Assembly (NCBI GenBank): GCA_964016885.1
Contig: OZ024742.1
Location: forward strand, 100,006,001-100,070,000
Reading direction: 5' to 3'
Length of the DNA: 64,000 bases
Origin: Eledone cirrhosa
Lineage: Eukaryota
The notes beneath the pieces are model-generated. The model did not search any database, was not told the origin of the DNA, and worked only from the letters and a program-made list of their open reading frames with translations. A program made the translations under genes and the position numbers. Shown piece after piece: positions 43,885 to 61,003 of this stretch. The stretch's first letter is position 1, and every line of letters starts with the position of its first letter.

Positions 43885-44097
43885 GCGTGTGGCTGAGTGG
43901 TTAGAGAACTGGATTCGCAATCGTGAGGTTGTGAGTTCGATTCCTGGACCGGGCGATGCGTTATGTCCTTGAGCAAGACACTTTATTTCACGCTGCTCCT
44001 TCTACCTGGAGTTGCGACCGATAGATAGTATTAGCAATTGGAAAGACCAATGGAAACATTGTTTCCTCGGTCCGATTTGACGAAAGTCGATCGTTAG
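43883..44097 (+). mobile_element. tRNA-derived SINE family 1
   Basis: TGGCTGAGTGG...GAGTTCGATTCC...GTCCTTGAGCAAGACACT; matches 5705-5920. Confidence 0.88.
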
Positions 44098-44210
44098 GAA
44101 TATATATATATATAACTGATGAGGACGTATTGAGGAAACAGCACAGTACCTCTGAAATATAATAAAATATATTTGATTACATGAATGTCTATATTTATTA
44201 ATATTTTGAA

Positions 44211-44250
<40 letters not shown>

Positions 44251-44253
<3 letters not shown>

Positions 44254-44586
44254 ATGATATTAATAAATGGAAACTATATTTATAAAACCATATTTATTCT
44301 ATTATATATATTTCAAGGGTACCAAAATTTGGTTCGCTCTCATCAGATAAAATACAAAGTTTGTTTTATAAATATTGACATATCCAGGAACGAGATATTA
44401 ACATTTCAAGTTTTACCTGGATAAACTTGAAATGTTAAGATCTCGTGCCTGGATATGTCAATATTTATAAAACAAACTCTGTATTTTATCTGATGAGAGC
44501 GAACCAAAGTTTTGGTACCCTTGAAATATATATAATAGAATAAATATGATTTTATAAATATAGTTTCCATTTATTAATATCATTGA
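44251..44586. repeat. ~160 bp-arm palindrome with a hammerhead motif in each arm
   Basis: 44251-44412 is the reverse complement of 44423-44586. CTGATGA at 44490 (+) and at 44340-44346 (-), each with GAAA at the expected spacing. Confidence 0.9.
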
Positions 44587-45092
44587 TAATATACTCCAGA
44601 AAACCTGTCATAATCAGTTATAAATATATATATTTGTTAAATTACCAAAAAATTAAATATCCCTTTGCTTATATATATATACCATTAATGTTGTGTGGTT
44701 TACTATTCGATGGAACTTGCAATTCTGGTTAGCAAATCATGATGTAAAGTAAGTAAAGCACTCTACGTTATGCGATGCGACTCATCCATCGTTGATGTGG
44801 TATCCCAGGAACGGAGTTAAATATTTACTTTAAAATAACAGAAGGCCGGACTGGAAATATCCCTCTACAGTTTTGATGCTGCAACAAATATTATACATAT
44901 TTCCATGGCCTAGTTATATCATCCGATCAGGACGTAAGAACACAACGTAAGTGTCATTAACATGTGCGAATTACATAAATTGTTCGCTGCAACAATAACA
45001 CTGATTTCGCAGCCTATGTCCCAATCGTGTACATTCTGTATTCTCTGCTTGTGTTTGACGTAATTCCCTTATTGATTAATTTATTATACAGT

Positions 45093-45168
45093 CCGTACCT
45101 GAGGATGTTGCCAAGGTCTTATGTCAGGATTGGATGACCTAACTTGGCTATTGAAATATGTAGAATGT
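45093..45168 (+). ncRNA. Hammerhead motif with long stem II
   Basis: CGTAC-CTGAGGA...GCCAAG/CTTGGC...GAAATATGTA-GAATG, followed by ATTAAA and TA repeats. Confidence 0.5.
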
Positions 45169-45221
45169 TTTTGCAGCATTAAAACATTAAAGAGATACTT
45201 CCTGTCCGACTCTCTGTTATT

Positions 45222-45268
<47 letters not shown>

Positions 45269-45513
45269 TAATATATATATATTTCCCAATAACTTATTTT
45301 AGTTATTGTTTCGCCCTAGGCTGAGATATATTGTCTCTAACGCGAAGAAATACCTGTGATTCCCAGTAGACAACTGATCACGGATAATCTGCTATTTCGC
45401 CCGTAACTTTTATTTTTTCATTATATATATATATATAAAGTACCAGCAACACTCTGAAGTAATAGCTGGCCTTGTGCCAAAAGTAGAAACAATTATATAT
45501 ATATATATATATA

Positions 45514-46652
45514 TGAATTAAAACAATGAAATAATAAATCAAGCCATTAGAGATATACTTCACTGCCTTACGATCGTTTCTAGATGATGATAATACATTG
45601 TAGCTATACTTCGTTATTGATCTATGTAAGGTTAGTTACAAAATATCAGATAAAGAGAATATTTACTTACATGCATTTCACCAGGTGTTTTCAAAAGCAA
45701 TAATAATTTTATTCAAAATTAGTAGTATGTTAGTATCTTGTCCTTATTTGGAGGTAGTTGAAGAACTAACCAATCAAATTGTTTTTTTTCATATGATGTC
45801 AAGATGAAAAGTAATTCACTTTAGTTGAGGTCATGACCCTTTGAAAAGAATGGTTGAATGGTGTTAATAGTAGAATTGCCATTAAAAATTTATTAGGAGG
45901 AAAGGGATTGTCAAATTGATAGTTGAATGTATCTGGTATAGTGACGTTTAAAAGGAATGCAAAAATAAATGATGATTAGTGTTGTATGGAGTTTTTAGGT
46001 GAATATAAATTAAGGTCATGGCTAGGAAAGATAGTATATTAAAAGATGAAAATTATAATAAGATAATTGTTTCTACTTTTGGCACAAGGCCAGCAAATAC
46101 CCAGTGTATTACTGGTACTTTATTTTATCGACCCCGTAAGGATGAAAGGCAAAGTTAACCTCGGCGGGATTTGAACTCAGAATGGCAAGGGCCGTAACTC
46201 TATGCGTCAAAGCATGGCGTCCGACCCTCTACCGATACTGCCAATCCACCGATGGCGTCCGACCCTCTACCGATACTGCCAATCCACCAATGAAATACAG
46301 TAATGCAATAATATAATATAACCAACACAATATAGTACGGTGTGGTAAATTGCACTTAGTATAATACAGCGTATGATACACTCTAAAATACTATCAAATA
46401 TGCTTATGTATAAATAATTAAACTCAGATAAATACATGTTGACATAGTCAAAACGCATAAATTTCATAGATCACAAAGTGTATATATCCACACTATATAT
46501 AGAGAGGTATAGTTACATTGATACTCAACCCAAAATATATACATACGCACTAATAGATGCAAACACAAATTCACATTTACACATGTGCACATAATCATAT
46601 ACACATATATTTATACATATCTATATATCTACACATACAAACCTAAACCCAC

Positions 46653-46683
<31 letters not shown>

Positions 46684-46792
46684 CATGTGTATGCACACAC
46701 TCATATATGTACACACACTCATATATAATCACTCATACACATATACTCACATATACACACACACAAACACACATATATATACACACATACAG

Positions 46793-46875
<83 letters not shown>

Positions 46876-49025
46876 CACACATACATATACATATATATAT
46901 ACATATATATATATATACACATATATATATATACACACATATATATATATATATACACATATATATATATGCACACATATATATATACACATACACAAAT
47001 ATATTTCCATATCATACATACATAGATATATATCTTCCCAAGCAATTACGTGTGGTTGTGTATCTTGTTGCCTCTAGTCATTAACACATAAACCTAAGGA
47101 AGCTAAAACATTAAAAGGTAAAAGATAAGCATGAATGCATATAATTAGGGGAATGGGGTACTAACAAATGTTACTCTATATACAATTATAGTGAGTTGCT
47201 ATTTAGAATATTTAATTAGGTTTATAGTATTTAAATGTTCTTCTTATACGGTGATTACAAACTATAATCAGTTCCTGTCTTTTATTTAATAACCCCACGA
47301 TATGGAGTTCTTTGTAGAATGGTATTCCATGCTAGTTTGAAATCTATTTTTTCCTTTTTATAATTACTTACTGCTTCAGCTAAAGATGTGGAGTTAGCTA
47401 GTTTAGTATTGTTAAAACTAATAGAGTGTGCGTAAAATATTTTCTTAAATGTGTTTGATGCAGATCCTATATATGTTTTGTTGGAGTCTGTAGTAGACAT
47501 AGTGCATTTATATATTACATTATTAATCAAACAGTTGCCATTTAAGGGGCAAATGCTTCTATTTCTGCAATTACAACCATACGTAAGATGGTTGTTGGGG
47601 GTGCCTATACTATTCTCATTAATCCTTGAGCTATTTCTATTGTAATTAATGTTAGCGGGAGAATGAAAGTTGCTTTGTGGGTGGTTTGGTGCTTGGGTTG
47701 TATTGTGACTTTGTGTTCTGTTGTTTTTGTGTCGGTGATTTGGGTGGTTGTGTTTTCCAGGTTGAAGGATTGTATTATTTGTCTTTGTAAAAGGTGCAGT
47801 CCTATTTAAATTATGTTGTGGTGGTGTAGTCATATTATCTTTAAGTTTATAAATGTTGTAGTTGCTTATTTTTTGCTGGAGATTGTTTGATGTAGAGTTT
47901 ATGTAGAATAATAATATTCTACATAAACATTTTCCACCAAACCACAGATACCACCAAATATTTAACAAATATACTGTTATATTCTCATACTCTTCATCAA
48001 ACAATCTCCAGCAAAAAATAAGCAACTACAACATTTATAAACTTAAAGATACTAAGACTACACCACCACAACATAATTGAAATAGGACTGCACCTTTTAC
48101 AAAGACAAATAATACAATCCTTCAACCTGGAAAACACAACCACCCAAATCACCAACACAAAAACAACAGAACACAAAATCACAATACAACACTAGCACCA
48201 AACCACCCACAAAGCAACTTTCATTCTCCTAATAACATTAATTACAATAGAAATAGCTCAAGGATTAATGAGAATAATATAGGCACCCCCAACAACCATC
48301 TTACTTATGGCTGTAATTGCAGAAATAGAAGCATTTACCCCTTAAATGGCAACTGTCTGATTAATAATGTAGTATATAAATGCACTATGTCTACTACAGA
48401 CTCCAACAAAACATATATAGGATCTGCATCAAACACATTTAAGAAAATATTTTACGCACACTCTAGTAGTTTCAACAATACTAAACTAGCTAACACCACA
48501 TCTTTAGCTGAAGCAGTAAGTAATTATAAAAAGGAAAAAAAAGATTCCAAACTATCGTGGAACACCATTCTACCAAGAACTCCATATCTTGGGAACAGGA
48601 GGGAATGCAGATTATGTTCAGGGGAGATCTTGGAAATTACTAAATCTAAGGACGATTTATTAAATGAAAGACAGGAACTGATTATAGTTTGTAATCACCG
48701 TATAAGAAGAACATTTAAATACTATAAACCTAATTAAATATTCTAAATAGCAACTCACTATAATTGTATATAGAGTAACATTTGTTAGTACCCCTTTCTC
48801 CTAATTATATGCATTCATGCTTATCTTTTACCTTTTAATGTTTTAGCTTCCTTAGGTTTATGTGTTAATGACTAGAGGCAACAAGATACACAACCACCCG
48901 TAATTGCATGAGTAGATATATATTCATGTATGTATGATATGGGAATATAGCTGTGTATGTGTATATATATATATGTGTGTATATATATATATGTGTATAT
49001 ATATATGTATATGCATGTGTGTATG

Positions 49026-49077
<52 letters not shown>

Positions 49078-50275
49078 TGTGTGTGTGTCTGTATGTGTGT
49101 ATATATATGTGTGTTTGTGTGTGTGTATATGTGAGTATATGTGTATGAGTGATTATATAAGAGTGTGTGTACATATATGAGTGTGTGCATACACATGTAT
49201 ATGTATATGTATATATATATATGTGTGGGTATAGGTGTGTATGTGTAGATATACATATGTATAAATATATGTGTATATGATTATGTGCCCAAGTGTAAAT
49301 GTGTATTTGTGTTTGCATCTATTTGTGCATATGTATATTTTGGGTTGAGTATCAATGTAACTATACCTCTCTATATATAGTGTGGATATATGCACTTTGT
49401 GATCTATGAAATTTATGCGTTTTGACTATGTCAACATGTATTTATCTGAGTTTAATTATTTATACATAAGCATATTTGATAGTATTTTAGAGTGTATCAT
49501 ACGCTGTATTATACTAAGTGCAATTTACCACACCGTACTATATTGTGTTGGTTATATCATATTATTGCATTACTGTATTTCATTATCTTATTATAATTTT
49601 CATCTTTTAATATACTATCTTTCCTAGCCATGACCTTAATTTATATTCACCTAAAAACTCCATATAACACTAATCATCATTTATTTTTACATTCCTTTTA
49701 AACGTCACTATACCAGCCAGATACATTCAACTATCAATTTGACAATCCCTTTCCTCCTAATAGATTTTTAATGGCAATTCTACTATTAACACCATTCAAC
49801 CATTCCTTTCAAAGGGTCATGACCTCAACTAAAGTGAATTACTTTTCATCTTAACATCATATGAAAAAACAATTTGATTGGTTAGTTCTTCAACTACCTC
49901 CAAATAAGGACAAGATACTAACATACTACTAATTCTGAATAAAATTATTATTGCTTTTGAAAACACCTGGTGATATGCATGTAAGTAAATATTCTCTTTA
50001 TTTGATATTTTGTAACTAACCTTACATAGATCAATAACGAAGTATAGCTACAATGTATTATCATCATCTAGAAACGATCGTAAGGCAGTGAAGTATATCT
50101 CTAATGGCTTGATTTTTTTATTTCATTGTTTTATCTTATATCATGACTTTGTTTTCCTTTTAATGTTTTATTGTTTCCGGGATTTATCTTACCCTACAAC
50201 ATTTTCAACATATGGATTACATTGAGTTCTTCATCCAGAATAGACCCCACAACTTACCGTGGATATCTATGTGTA
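45514..50275 (+). mobile_element. Penelope-like element (second GIY-YIG type) 3' fragment with a ~2.3 kb inverted duplication
   Basis: + strand 47920-48737 encodes KHFPPNHRYHQIFNK..SYS, CNCRNRS..PLNGNCLINNVVYKC..YIG..CRLC..LNERQEL..CNH. Region 45520-47897 is the reverse complement of 47988-50132. Confidence 0.88.
46068..46288 (-). mobile_element. SINE family 2 inserted in the left arm of the large palindrome
   Basis: Reverse complement SINE with a duplicated 5' ~38 nt; absent at the matching right-arm site (~49583). Confidence 0.9.
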
Positions 50276-50867
50276 TATATATATATATGTATGTGTGTCA
50301 GGATTTTAACAGTTTAAAACTAGTAATGCCATTATACAGTAGAGTACTCGATGCATGGAATAGTTGTGTGTAAATATAGTAGCGGGCCGGGATCCGGAGG
50401 CTGAGCTTTTGTAGTGTCGAGACAGTAATTTTCTCTTGAAACGGCAAGAACTCAGCCGTCGGGTCCCGACTCTCTACAATATGTATGTATATATATATTG
50501 TGTGTGTGTTTGTGAAGGTGTGTGCGTATGTATGTTTATATATGTCTGTGTGTTTATGCGTATAAGTGTGTGTGTGTCTGCGTGTGAGTTTGTATGTGTT
50601 TGTGTAGTCAAGACAATATCTATAAACAATCTTAATGTTTCTCGCAGTTTTAATATTGTTGCCCCTCACAATAAATCTTTTCTTTGTCGTTCATTTCACT
50701 ATCTCCAAACTCTCTTCATGTCAAGGGTTCCCACCATTTGTTCACTGTTGAACCCCTTATACACACTCAACATACATACATACATACATGCACACACACA
50801 CACATACATACATACATACATACACATACATACATACATACATATACATACATATATACAAACATAC

Positions 50868-50898
<31 letters not shown>

Positions 50899-51499
50899 CA
50901 TACATACATACATACATACATACATCTATATATATATACATAAATTATATATATGCTCATTCGCACATACATACAAACTCACAATATGCATATGTATATA
51001 TGTGAGTATACATACATACATACGTACATACATACATACATACGTACATACGTACATACATGCATACATACATACATATATACATACATATATACATACA
51101 TATATACATACATACACATACATATAAACACACATACACATACATACACACATACACACACAGACATACATACAACACCACCTCCACTGCCATCACATCA
51201 CTACTCTCATCACCACACCCACCACCCATAAGAGTTTATATACTTCCTCGATGAACGCACGACATATAAAGAATATGTGTCAAGATGGCATCCACAGATA
51301 CAAAAACGAACATCTCCCCCACCATCATTCCCAGCACAAACATTACTGCGCTGGGGCGGGGGCAATTATAATAAAACAACCCCCCACAACCATCCACTGC
51401 CCTGAAAACTATCTCTAATATGTAAATAATAATGAAATATCTGCCATCATTAATGCCAAGGATATTTTTATGTCTACTCTCTTCATTATAATTACTTAT

Positions 51500-51692
51500 A
51501 AGGGCGGTGGATTGGCAGTATCGGTAGAGGGTCTGACGCCATGCTTTGTAGCACAGTTACGTCCCTTTATGAACTGAGTTCAAATCCCGTCGAGGTTAAC
51601 TTTGCCTTTCATCCTTACTGGGTCGATAAAATAAAGTACCAGTAATACACTGGGTTAATTGCTGGCCTTGTGCCAAAAAGTAGAAACAATTA
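51500..51692 (+). mobile_element. SINE family 2
   Basis: Full match to the 38635 unit. Confidence 0.9.
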
Positions 51693-51714
51693 TAATTACT
51701 ATAAATATACATGT

Positions 51715-51920
51715 TTCGTGATACCTCGTAGTCTAGTGGTTCGCATGTAAGAGTAAGCGACTTGAGGTCGAGGGTTTGATTCCTGGATCGGGCGCCGTGT
51801 CGTATTCTTGAGCAAAGTATGCATTTTATGTTGATTCTTCTGTCAGGATGTCAGACTGGAAGATACTATGAGCAACGGAAACATTGTTTCATTCGTCTTA
51901 TCTGACGAGGGCAAATTTTC
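51715..51920 (+). mobile_element. Diverged SINE family 1 copy
   Basis: TAGTCTAGTGG..GGTTTGATTCCTGGATCGGGCG..CTTGAGCAA..CAACGGAAACATTGTTT. Confidence 0.7.
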
Positions 51921-51980
51921 ATCTCCTTTTGAAGGAACAGAACACAGTATACGCGTAGACTACAGCTTATAAAAATGATT

Positions 51981-52045
<65 letters not shown>

Positions 52046-52644
52046 GTGTGTGTGGGTATATATATATATGTACATATAGAGAATTGACAGGAATCAAAGC
52101 TATGTTCAAAGCATTTATTAGCCTACAATGGTTTCATCCAAACCGAGGCTTGGTATCTTCGGAGCATTTTTCAATGTTTGTATACATACATGACCTCCTT
52201 TCCAACGCCAGAGACATACAGATACATATGTATATATTGATGTACAGTGGGGTGACATATATTATATTATTTCTGAATGGCAATTTAAATTCAAAACTTA
52301 AAATCACATTAAAACAGAAACAAAGCAAAATTTAAATTAACATACAACATCAATGCAAATTTAAAATACAATCGTCAGTTAACGTAGATAATGCAAGGGG
52401 GTAGTTTGTTAGTCAGTTGTAGTAGTTATTGTATGCATTAGTTACACGTGGGGCATGCACGTGTGTCTTATTTATATATGATTATTGTGCGGCAGGGTGT
52501 TATATGTAATACAAGCACTTCAAACGGTTCTAGTCCTCTATAAGTATTTTCTATAATAAACTTGATGTTTACAATCTACTTATGCATCAAGTGCCTTAGT
52601 CCTGTGGTTACTCCCGATTGAAAGCGGGAGTCACACACACACAC

Positions 52645-52774
<130 letters not shown>

Positions 52775-53499
52775 AAATGGGTGGGGCTATGAAAAATTGA
52801 GATGTTCAGCACGGATGAAAGTATAAGCAAACGAAATCGAAAATGCAGCTGGAGTCTTTTTAAGAATATTTGATTATTACCGGTTTCACAGTTCTTATGC
52901 TTTTCAAAAGTATAATTGAGATGGAGTGTTACATTATATATATATATATATATATATAATGGTAAAACACTGGAGGGTAATATGCGTAGTATGTAGAGCT
53001 CTCAGTCAATAGGACTGTTTGGTATACAGTTGGTTCCACAACTAAAACGGGCGTCCTCGAGGATGGTTTGCTAATTTGTAGTGGAACTAACTTTATATGT
53101 GTGTGTGTGTGCGTGTGTGTGTGTTTGTGTGAGTGTGTGTGTGCGTGTGTGAGTGTGCGTGTGCGCGTGCGTGCGAGCTTGTGTGTTTTATGTGTATGTA
53201 CTGAGCTTTCCTGTAAAAGCCATTTTAATACACATACTGTATATATATATATATATGTATATATATATAAATGAAAGGTATAGAAAACATTGTAGCAAAA
53301 AGCCAATATATATATATAGGTGCATGTGCGAGTGTGTGAATAAACAGGAGAATCTCTAGTGTAACAAAACTTATGATTGGCGTTAATAGATAATACTCGT
53401 ACATACATTCATACATACATACATAGCGGAAGCCATCCCGTGACTGTGTACGCTCACTTGTTAGAGTAACAAAAAAAAGACATGTTTTTGATGATGATA

Positions 53500-53905
53500 C
53501 TGTCGCTGTTATCGCCTTAGAAGTGATTTACATGTCATACCACAGTTTCCTGCCTGCTTGTGTCTCACATCCCTACAGCAAGTTTCTTAGCACACATGTC
53601 TGAGACACCTCAACTTTCGTACGCACACTGATAGCTGACAGGGCCACTTCTCCAGTTTACCAAGAGTATCGGCAGCTTTAGACAGCTGGTAGCTTACTTC
53701 TTCATCGAGTGTGCTGGTAGACGAACCTATTCACAACGTTTCCTTTGACAAATATGGATGGTGGAATATATGGCTTTCCGAGTGCATGCTGGTACATCAC
53801 TACTATCTTTTTCAGGCTGATAGCCAGCCCAAACTTATCACACTCTACCGAGAAGTAATCCATCAGAAATTGAAGGGGCTTCTTCTGTATGGCTAACAAA
53901 ATCAG
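53500..53905 (-). pseudogene. RTE-clade LINE RT fragment
   Basis: LQFLMDYFSVECDKFGLAISLKKIVVMYQHALGKPYIPPSI, then EVSYQLSKAADTLGKL..ISVRTKVEV..VL..LL*GCET, typical of the RTE/BovB RT C-terminal region. Confidence 0.75.
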
Positions 53906-55432
53906 TCGTCTATATAAAGACGATCGTATCTCAGTGCAATATTTGTTTTGGTGCACCAAGGAATAGGCGGAGGGTAAAGAGCCATCTTTTCTGCGCGATA
54001 ATATATATATAAATATATATGTAATGTTCCATTATCAAGTCCTACGATCTTATTTGAGGGAAATGTGTGTGATATTCTATCTGGACAAATTACTTCGTAG
54101 AGGTTCACTCGTTTTGCTCTCTTTCTATTCTTTCCTGCTTTGTTATTTATTTTATATTATTTTATATTATTTTATATTATTTTATATTTCAGTTTCCATC
54201 AATTCAATTTTACTTTCTATCCAAGTTCATCATTGGAGATAAATGTACAATGCACTCGAAACCATATCAAATGGCTGCTAAATGAACTTCGTAAACACTG
54301 AAGTATTGACTTTAATGTTCGTTGCTTTAATCTTGATCAGCTTTTCTTAACCCTGTATGGATGGGCTGCACCAGAAAGATTGAACTTAAATGGATTAACA
54401 TCTAACTGTAACATTACTTGCTTTTAGTGGAGCTCAACGCGTTCCTGTTCCCCGGTTCGAGGCCCTAAAACAACAACAACTAGAAAGGGTCATGGGCACT
54501 GCTCTTCCACAACTAACCAAACGATACAAATGAAATTTAAATACATTTTCTGCGAAGAGATCGCATGCTTCACTGCAAGTCTTCATGTGCCCATCCCTCT
54601 GCTTCTCTAAGACATTTTAAGAGCCTCTGATATAGATGCCAGCAGCCCAGCTCTAAATTGTGTTAAACTATTTATTTAGTTATTTCTACCATCTAATAGA
54701 GGAAGAAAAAGAAGTCGTTTATAAGATATTAATGACATGCCATACCATGGGCGCCTAACTTCTGACAGAGATGGAGGACGGTGTAAACCTAGTGAAGTGC
54801 ACCTTTCCAGTTCTGAACACAGGCGATTTCTTACAGAGAAAAAAAATAGGATTGAAGAAAGTGGGAGAAAGGAAGTGGGAATGAAATATAAGGGAAGAAT
54901 ATTCCCCCAGTAATTGATTGGTACTATACTTATCGACCACGAACGGGTGACAATCAAAGATGATCTCAGCGGGATTTGAGCTCAGAGAACAGAGAGCTAA
55001 AACAAATACAACTCTTTCAATTCACGCCTTACAAACTATTGATAATGAATTTACATGTCAGTACCCCAAGTACACGTTTTAATTGATAATCAATATAGGA
55101 TGGCAGAATTAGAAGGGGGCCGAACAAAATAATTTTTAGGTAATTTGTTATATCCCTTCACGTTCTGTGTTCAAATTCTGCTTGATGTCGTTAGAAGTAA
55201 CAGTCAAATACTGAGGTTGTTTTAATCAACTGTACTCGTACAGACGGTAACCTACCCATAGACGAATGACAGAAACCAAAACATACAACAAAAGAATTGT
55301 AGTAACAAGATATGTACTAATCCGTCTGCATTAACTTATGACTGAACTTGGAGAAAGAATTTCGCTCCATAATTTATATGCTACATATAATCACCCTATC
55401 TTCGACAATAAAAATCGGTATGTATAATATAT

Positions 55433-55489
<57 letters not shown>

Positions 55490-55491
55490 CA

Positions 55492-55581
<90 letters not shown>

Positions 55582-56117
55582 TGTGTGTGTGTGTGTCTCT
55601 GTGTGTGTGTGTGTGTGTCGGTACGTCTGTACTAAATATGCATATTAACGATAAAACGTTCACATAAAACGAAACTATAATAAATTCACTCCTGCCAACT
55701 GATATGTCATTTTTACGTTCGCTTAGTCTCCCGCCGGTTTCTCATCAACTCCTGGTGAAATCTAGGGTTTCCCTTGAGCAGTGCTCGAAAACTCCAGGGC
55801 TAAATGTCAATATTTACTTAAAAGGGAGAACATATTCGAGCAAAATTCACGTCGTAAACACTTAAAGCGTTGTTACAGAATTCTACTAGTAAATGTTGAT
55901 CGTAAGTATAATTCTATGTGAATGCCTTGCACGAATTGTGGCAGGAATCTATATGTTATTTGTGTTTACATCTTGACATATATATCTATATATGAAGAAT
56001 CAATAGTTTTCAAGAAGCAGCCTTAAGCTAACAAAATTCAATATAAATACATATATGTTAATATATATATGAATATATATATATGTGTGTGTGTGTGTGT
56101 GTAGATATGCATATATA

Positions 56118-58216
<2,099 letters not shown>

Positions 58217-58974
58217 CATTACAGGAATAAACCTGTTTCATTCGTTTGAATGGTCTCAAATGAATGAAACAGTGCTAGTCCTGTTGAAATGGTTGGTCTC
58301 TATGAAATAAATGTACTTTCTCTACATGATGTGTTGAATACTTTACTTAACTAAGATTTCTTTCAGTTCCTCAACGTAAAACTATTATATATATCTTTAT
58401 TCATCGATATACAGTAAGAGCAATATTGGAGTGTCGGGCGAATTCATGCCAATGAAATACCGCATCTTTTGTAGTTTGGTCACTTCGGGAGGTGTAGTGT
58501 AGTTTGAAGCAGTCACGGTTCCCTAGTAATCTCAACTGATGTGTCATATGTTGGGGCATTGTCACTACCTGTTGGGTGAGGTCTTTGGCTTATCATTTGT
58601 TGTTGGATTAAAAGGTCACCTAAGTACATATAGGAGAGTGTAGACTTACTGGAATGAGTGTGATGATGCTGAGAGGCTATCATCTGACAAGATGAAGCAA
58701 CCATGAATGTATGCATGTATGTACGTATGCACGTATGTACGTATGTATGTATTAGCACACAAAAAGACGTAATGGTCGTGATTAGAACGCATTTGACGAT
58801 AGGTTGGTTGGAACAGAACTGATCTAACACCAAACAACATTAAGTTAATAACAATTATAGTAGTTTAAATTTTAACAAAGATACCATGTTTCATAGATAT
58901 CTTTTAGTATATTTCAGTAATATATTAAAAACAGATCGAAACCTCCTGAATATATTTTAATATTTATTTAAAAC

Positions 58975-59195
58975 AGGGCGGTAGATTGGCAGTATCGGTA
59001 GAGGATCGGACGCCATGCTTTGCAGCATAGAGTTACGGCCCTTTATGATCTGAGTTCAAATCCCGCCGAGGTTAATTTTGCCTTTCATGCTTACGGGGTC
59101 GATAAAATAATGTACCAGTCATGAACAGGGATCAATTTGATCGACTTTCCCCTCCCCCAAAATTGCTGGCCTTGTGCCTATATAAGAAACCAATA
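58975..59195 (+). mobile_element. SINE family 2 (long variant)
   Basis: Full match with the extra GATCAATTTGATCGAC..CCCC block. Confidence 0.88.
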
Positions 59196-60083
59196 TTTAT
59201 TTAAAACGAGACAAGCCCTCTTCCTGAAATATGAAGCCCTAAGCTATAAATCCGCTTCAAACTAACAATGGAATAGCCTGCCAGTGAAATTAACGAGCAC
59301 GTGTCTGAACATTCCACAGACATACACACAATAACCGAGCTCTTAGGGAGATTCAGCTTGATGCACAGTAGGATAAGGCTAGCTATTTTAAATATAAGCA
59401 GGACACATTTTTGCCAGCTGAATGGATTGAAGCAACGTGTAATAAAATGTCATGTTTAAGCGCGCTCTACGTCATCGGAAATCGAACTCAAGAGAATACA
59501 ATCGCGAGCCGAAAACTTTAAACGACACGTCTTCGAATAGTGCAGCATCGAGTGACAATGACAAGGCATGACAGGTTTTGAATGGTTTAATGAGCACGAT
59601 ACAAGAGTTTTGTATAAAACGTGTGCTGCTAATAAACATGTTATTGAAATGGTATATACGACAAGGTGTTGACAGGTAAGAATAAGACAAGATGATGAAA
59701 GGTGAAGATGTATCAAGAATTATACACTAGTAAGTTATAGTTGTTCATCAATGTATAATGTCAGAAGCGTAAAGTGTCAAATGCTTGTCAAATTATTAAC
59801 AATGCTTGCATACATACACTGTATATGTTTGGTAGAACACACGTTTTCAGATAAGAAATCTTGCGAAACAAATACAAAAACGAAGTTTCAAACACTTCCA
59901 GTGATTAAATGTTTGAATGTTTGAAAGTTTAGACACTCTTTGGTTGTCATTTACATTGTATTTCGGCTCTGTAGTATACTTGTTATTTTTACATCGAGCT
60001 ATTTTCATACTTGTAACTGTGTAATATTTATTATTATCCACATTATATATATATATTTATTTATAGCTATACTTACATATATA

Positions 60084-61003
60084 TAAATGGAATAGAATGA
60101 AAGGAAATTTCATTTCTCACTCTTAGTACGGCACTTACTTAAATGTAAGTATGCATGTATGTATACGTACATACATATATGTATACAGACGTACAGTAGT
60201 ATGTATATATATACATACATGCACACACATATATATATATATGCACGTATCGTTTTACTGAACATTTATTATAATGCTCGGTTTGTTTGTTTGTAAACAA
60301 ACAAACAGCCCGAATTACGCCGTACAGTGTTTAGGCAACCCCTTCACCTTTTTGTTCAACAATGACACAGGAACGATGTACTAGTTTCAAGCTTATTAGG
60401 TATCGAAATTTCAAACAAACAAACCGAGCATTATAATAAATGTTCAGTAAACCGATATGTGCATATATATATGTGTGCATGTATGTATATATATACATAC
60501 TACTGTACGTCTGTATACATATATGTATGTACGTATACATACATGCATACTTAGATTTAAGTAAGTGCCGTACTAAGAGTGAGAAATGAAATTTCGTTTC
60601 ATTCTATTCCATTATATCGTTTTCGGTGTGCCCGGCCGACTGAACTCACTCGATATGCAAATTAGGCTGCTCAGCCGTTAATATGCATAAGGAAAGTATA
60701 TACTTTCAGACGTTCAACCATCTGGCAGGTAGGTATACGATGCTGACGATAGCTAATAAGCTTGAAACTAGTACATCGTTCCTGTGTCAGTGTTGAACAA
60801 AAAGGTGACGTGGTTGTCTAAACACTGTACGGCGTAATTCGGGCTGTTTGTTTACAAACAAACAAACCGAGCATTATAATAAATGTTCGGTAAACCGATA
60901 CGTGCATATATATATGTGTGCATGTATGTATATATATACATACTACTGTACGTCTGCATACCTATATGTATGTACGTATACATACATGCATACTTACATT
61001 TAC

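Noticed and set aside
50020-50090. Hammerhead in the large palindrome arm (GAAACGATCGTA with a TAGAT/ATCTA stem)
   Set aside because: No CUGANGA-like 5' core in either arm; at most a remnant.
54240-54680. Possible decayed LINE coding remnant
   Set aside because: Too degenerate to assign a family by eye.
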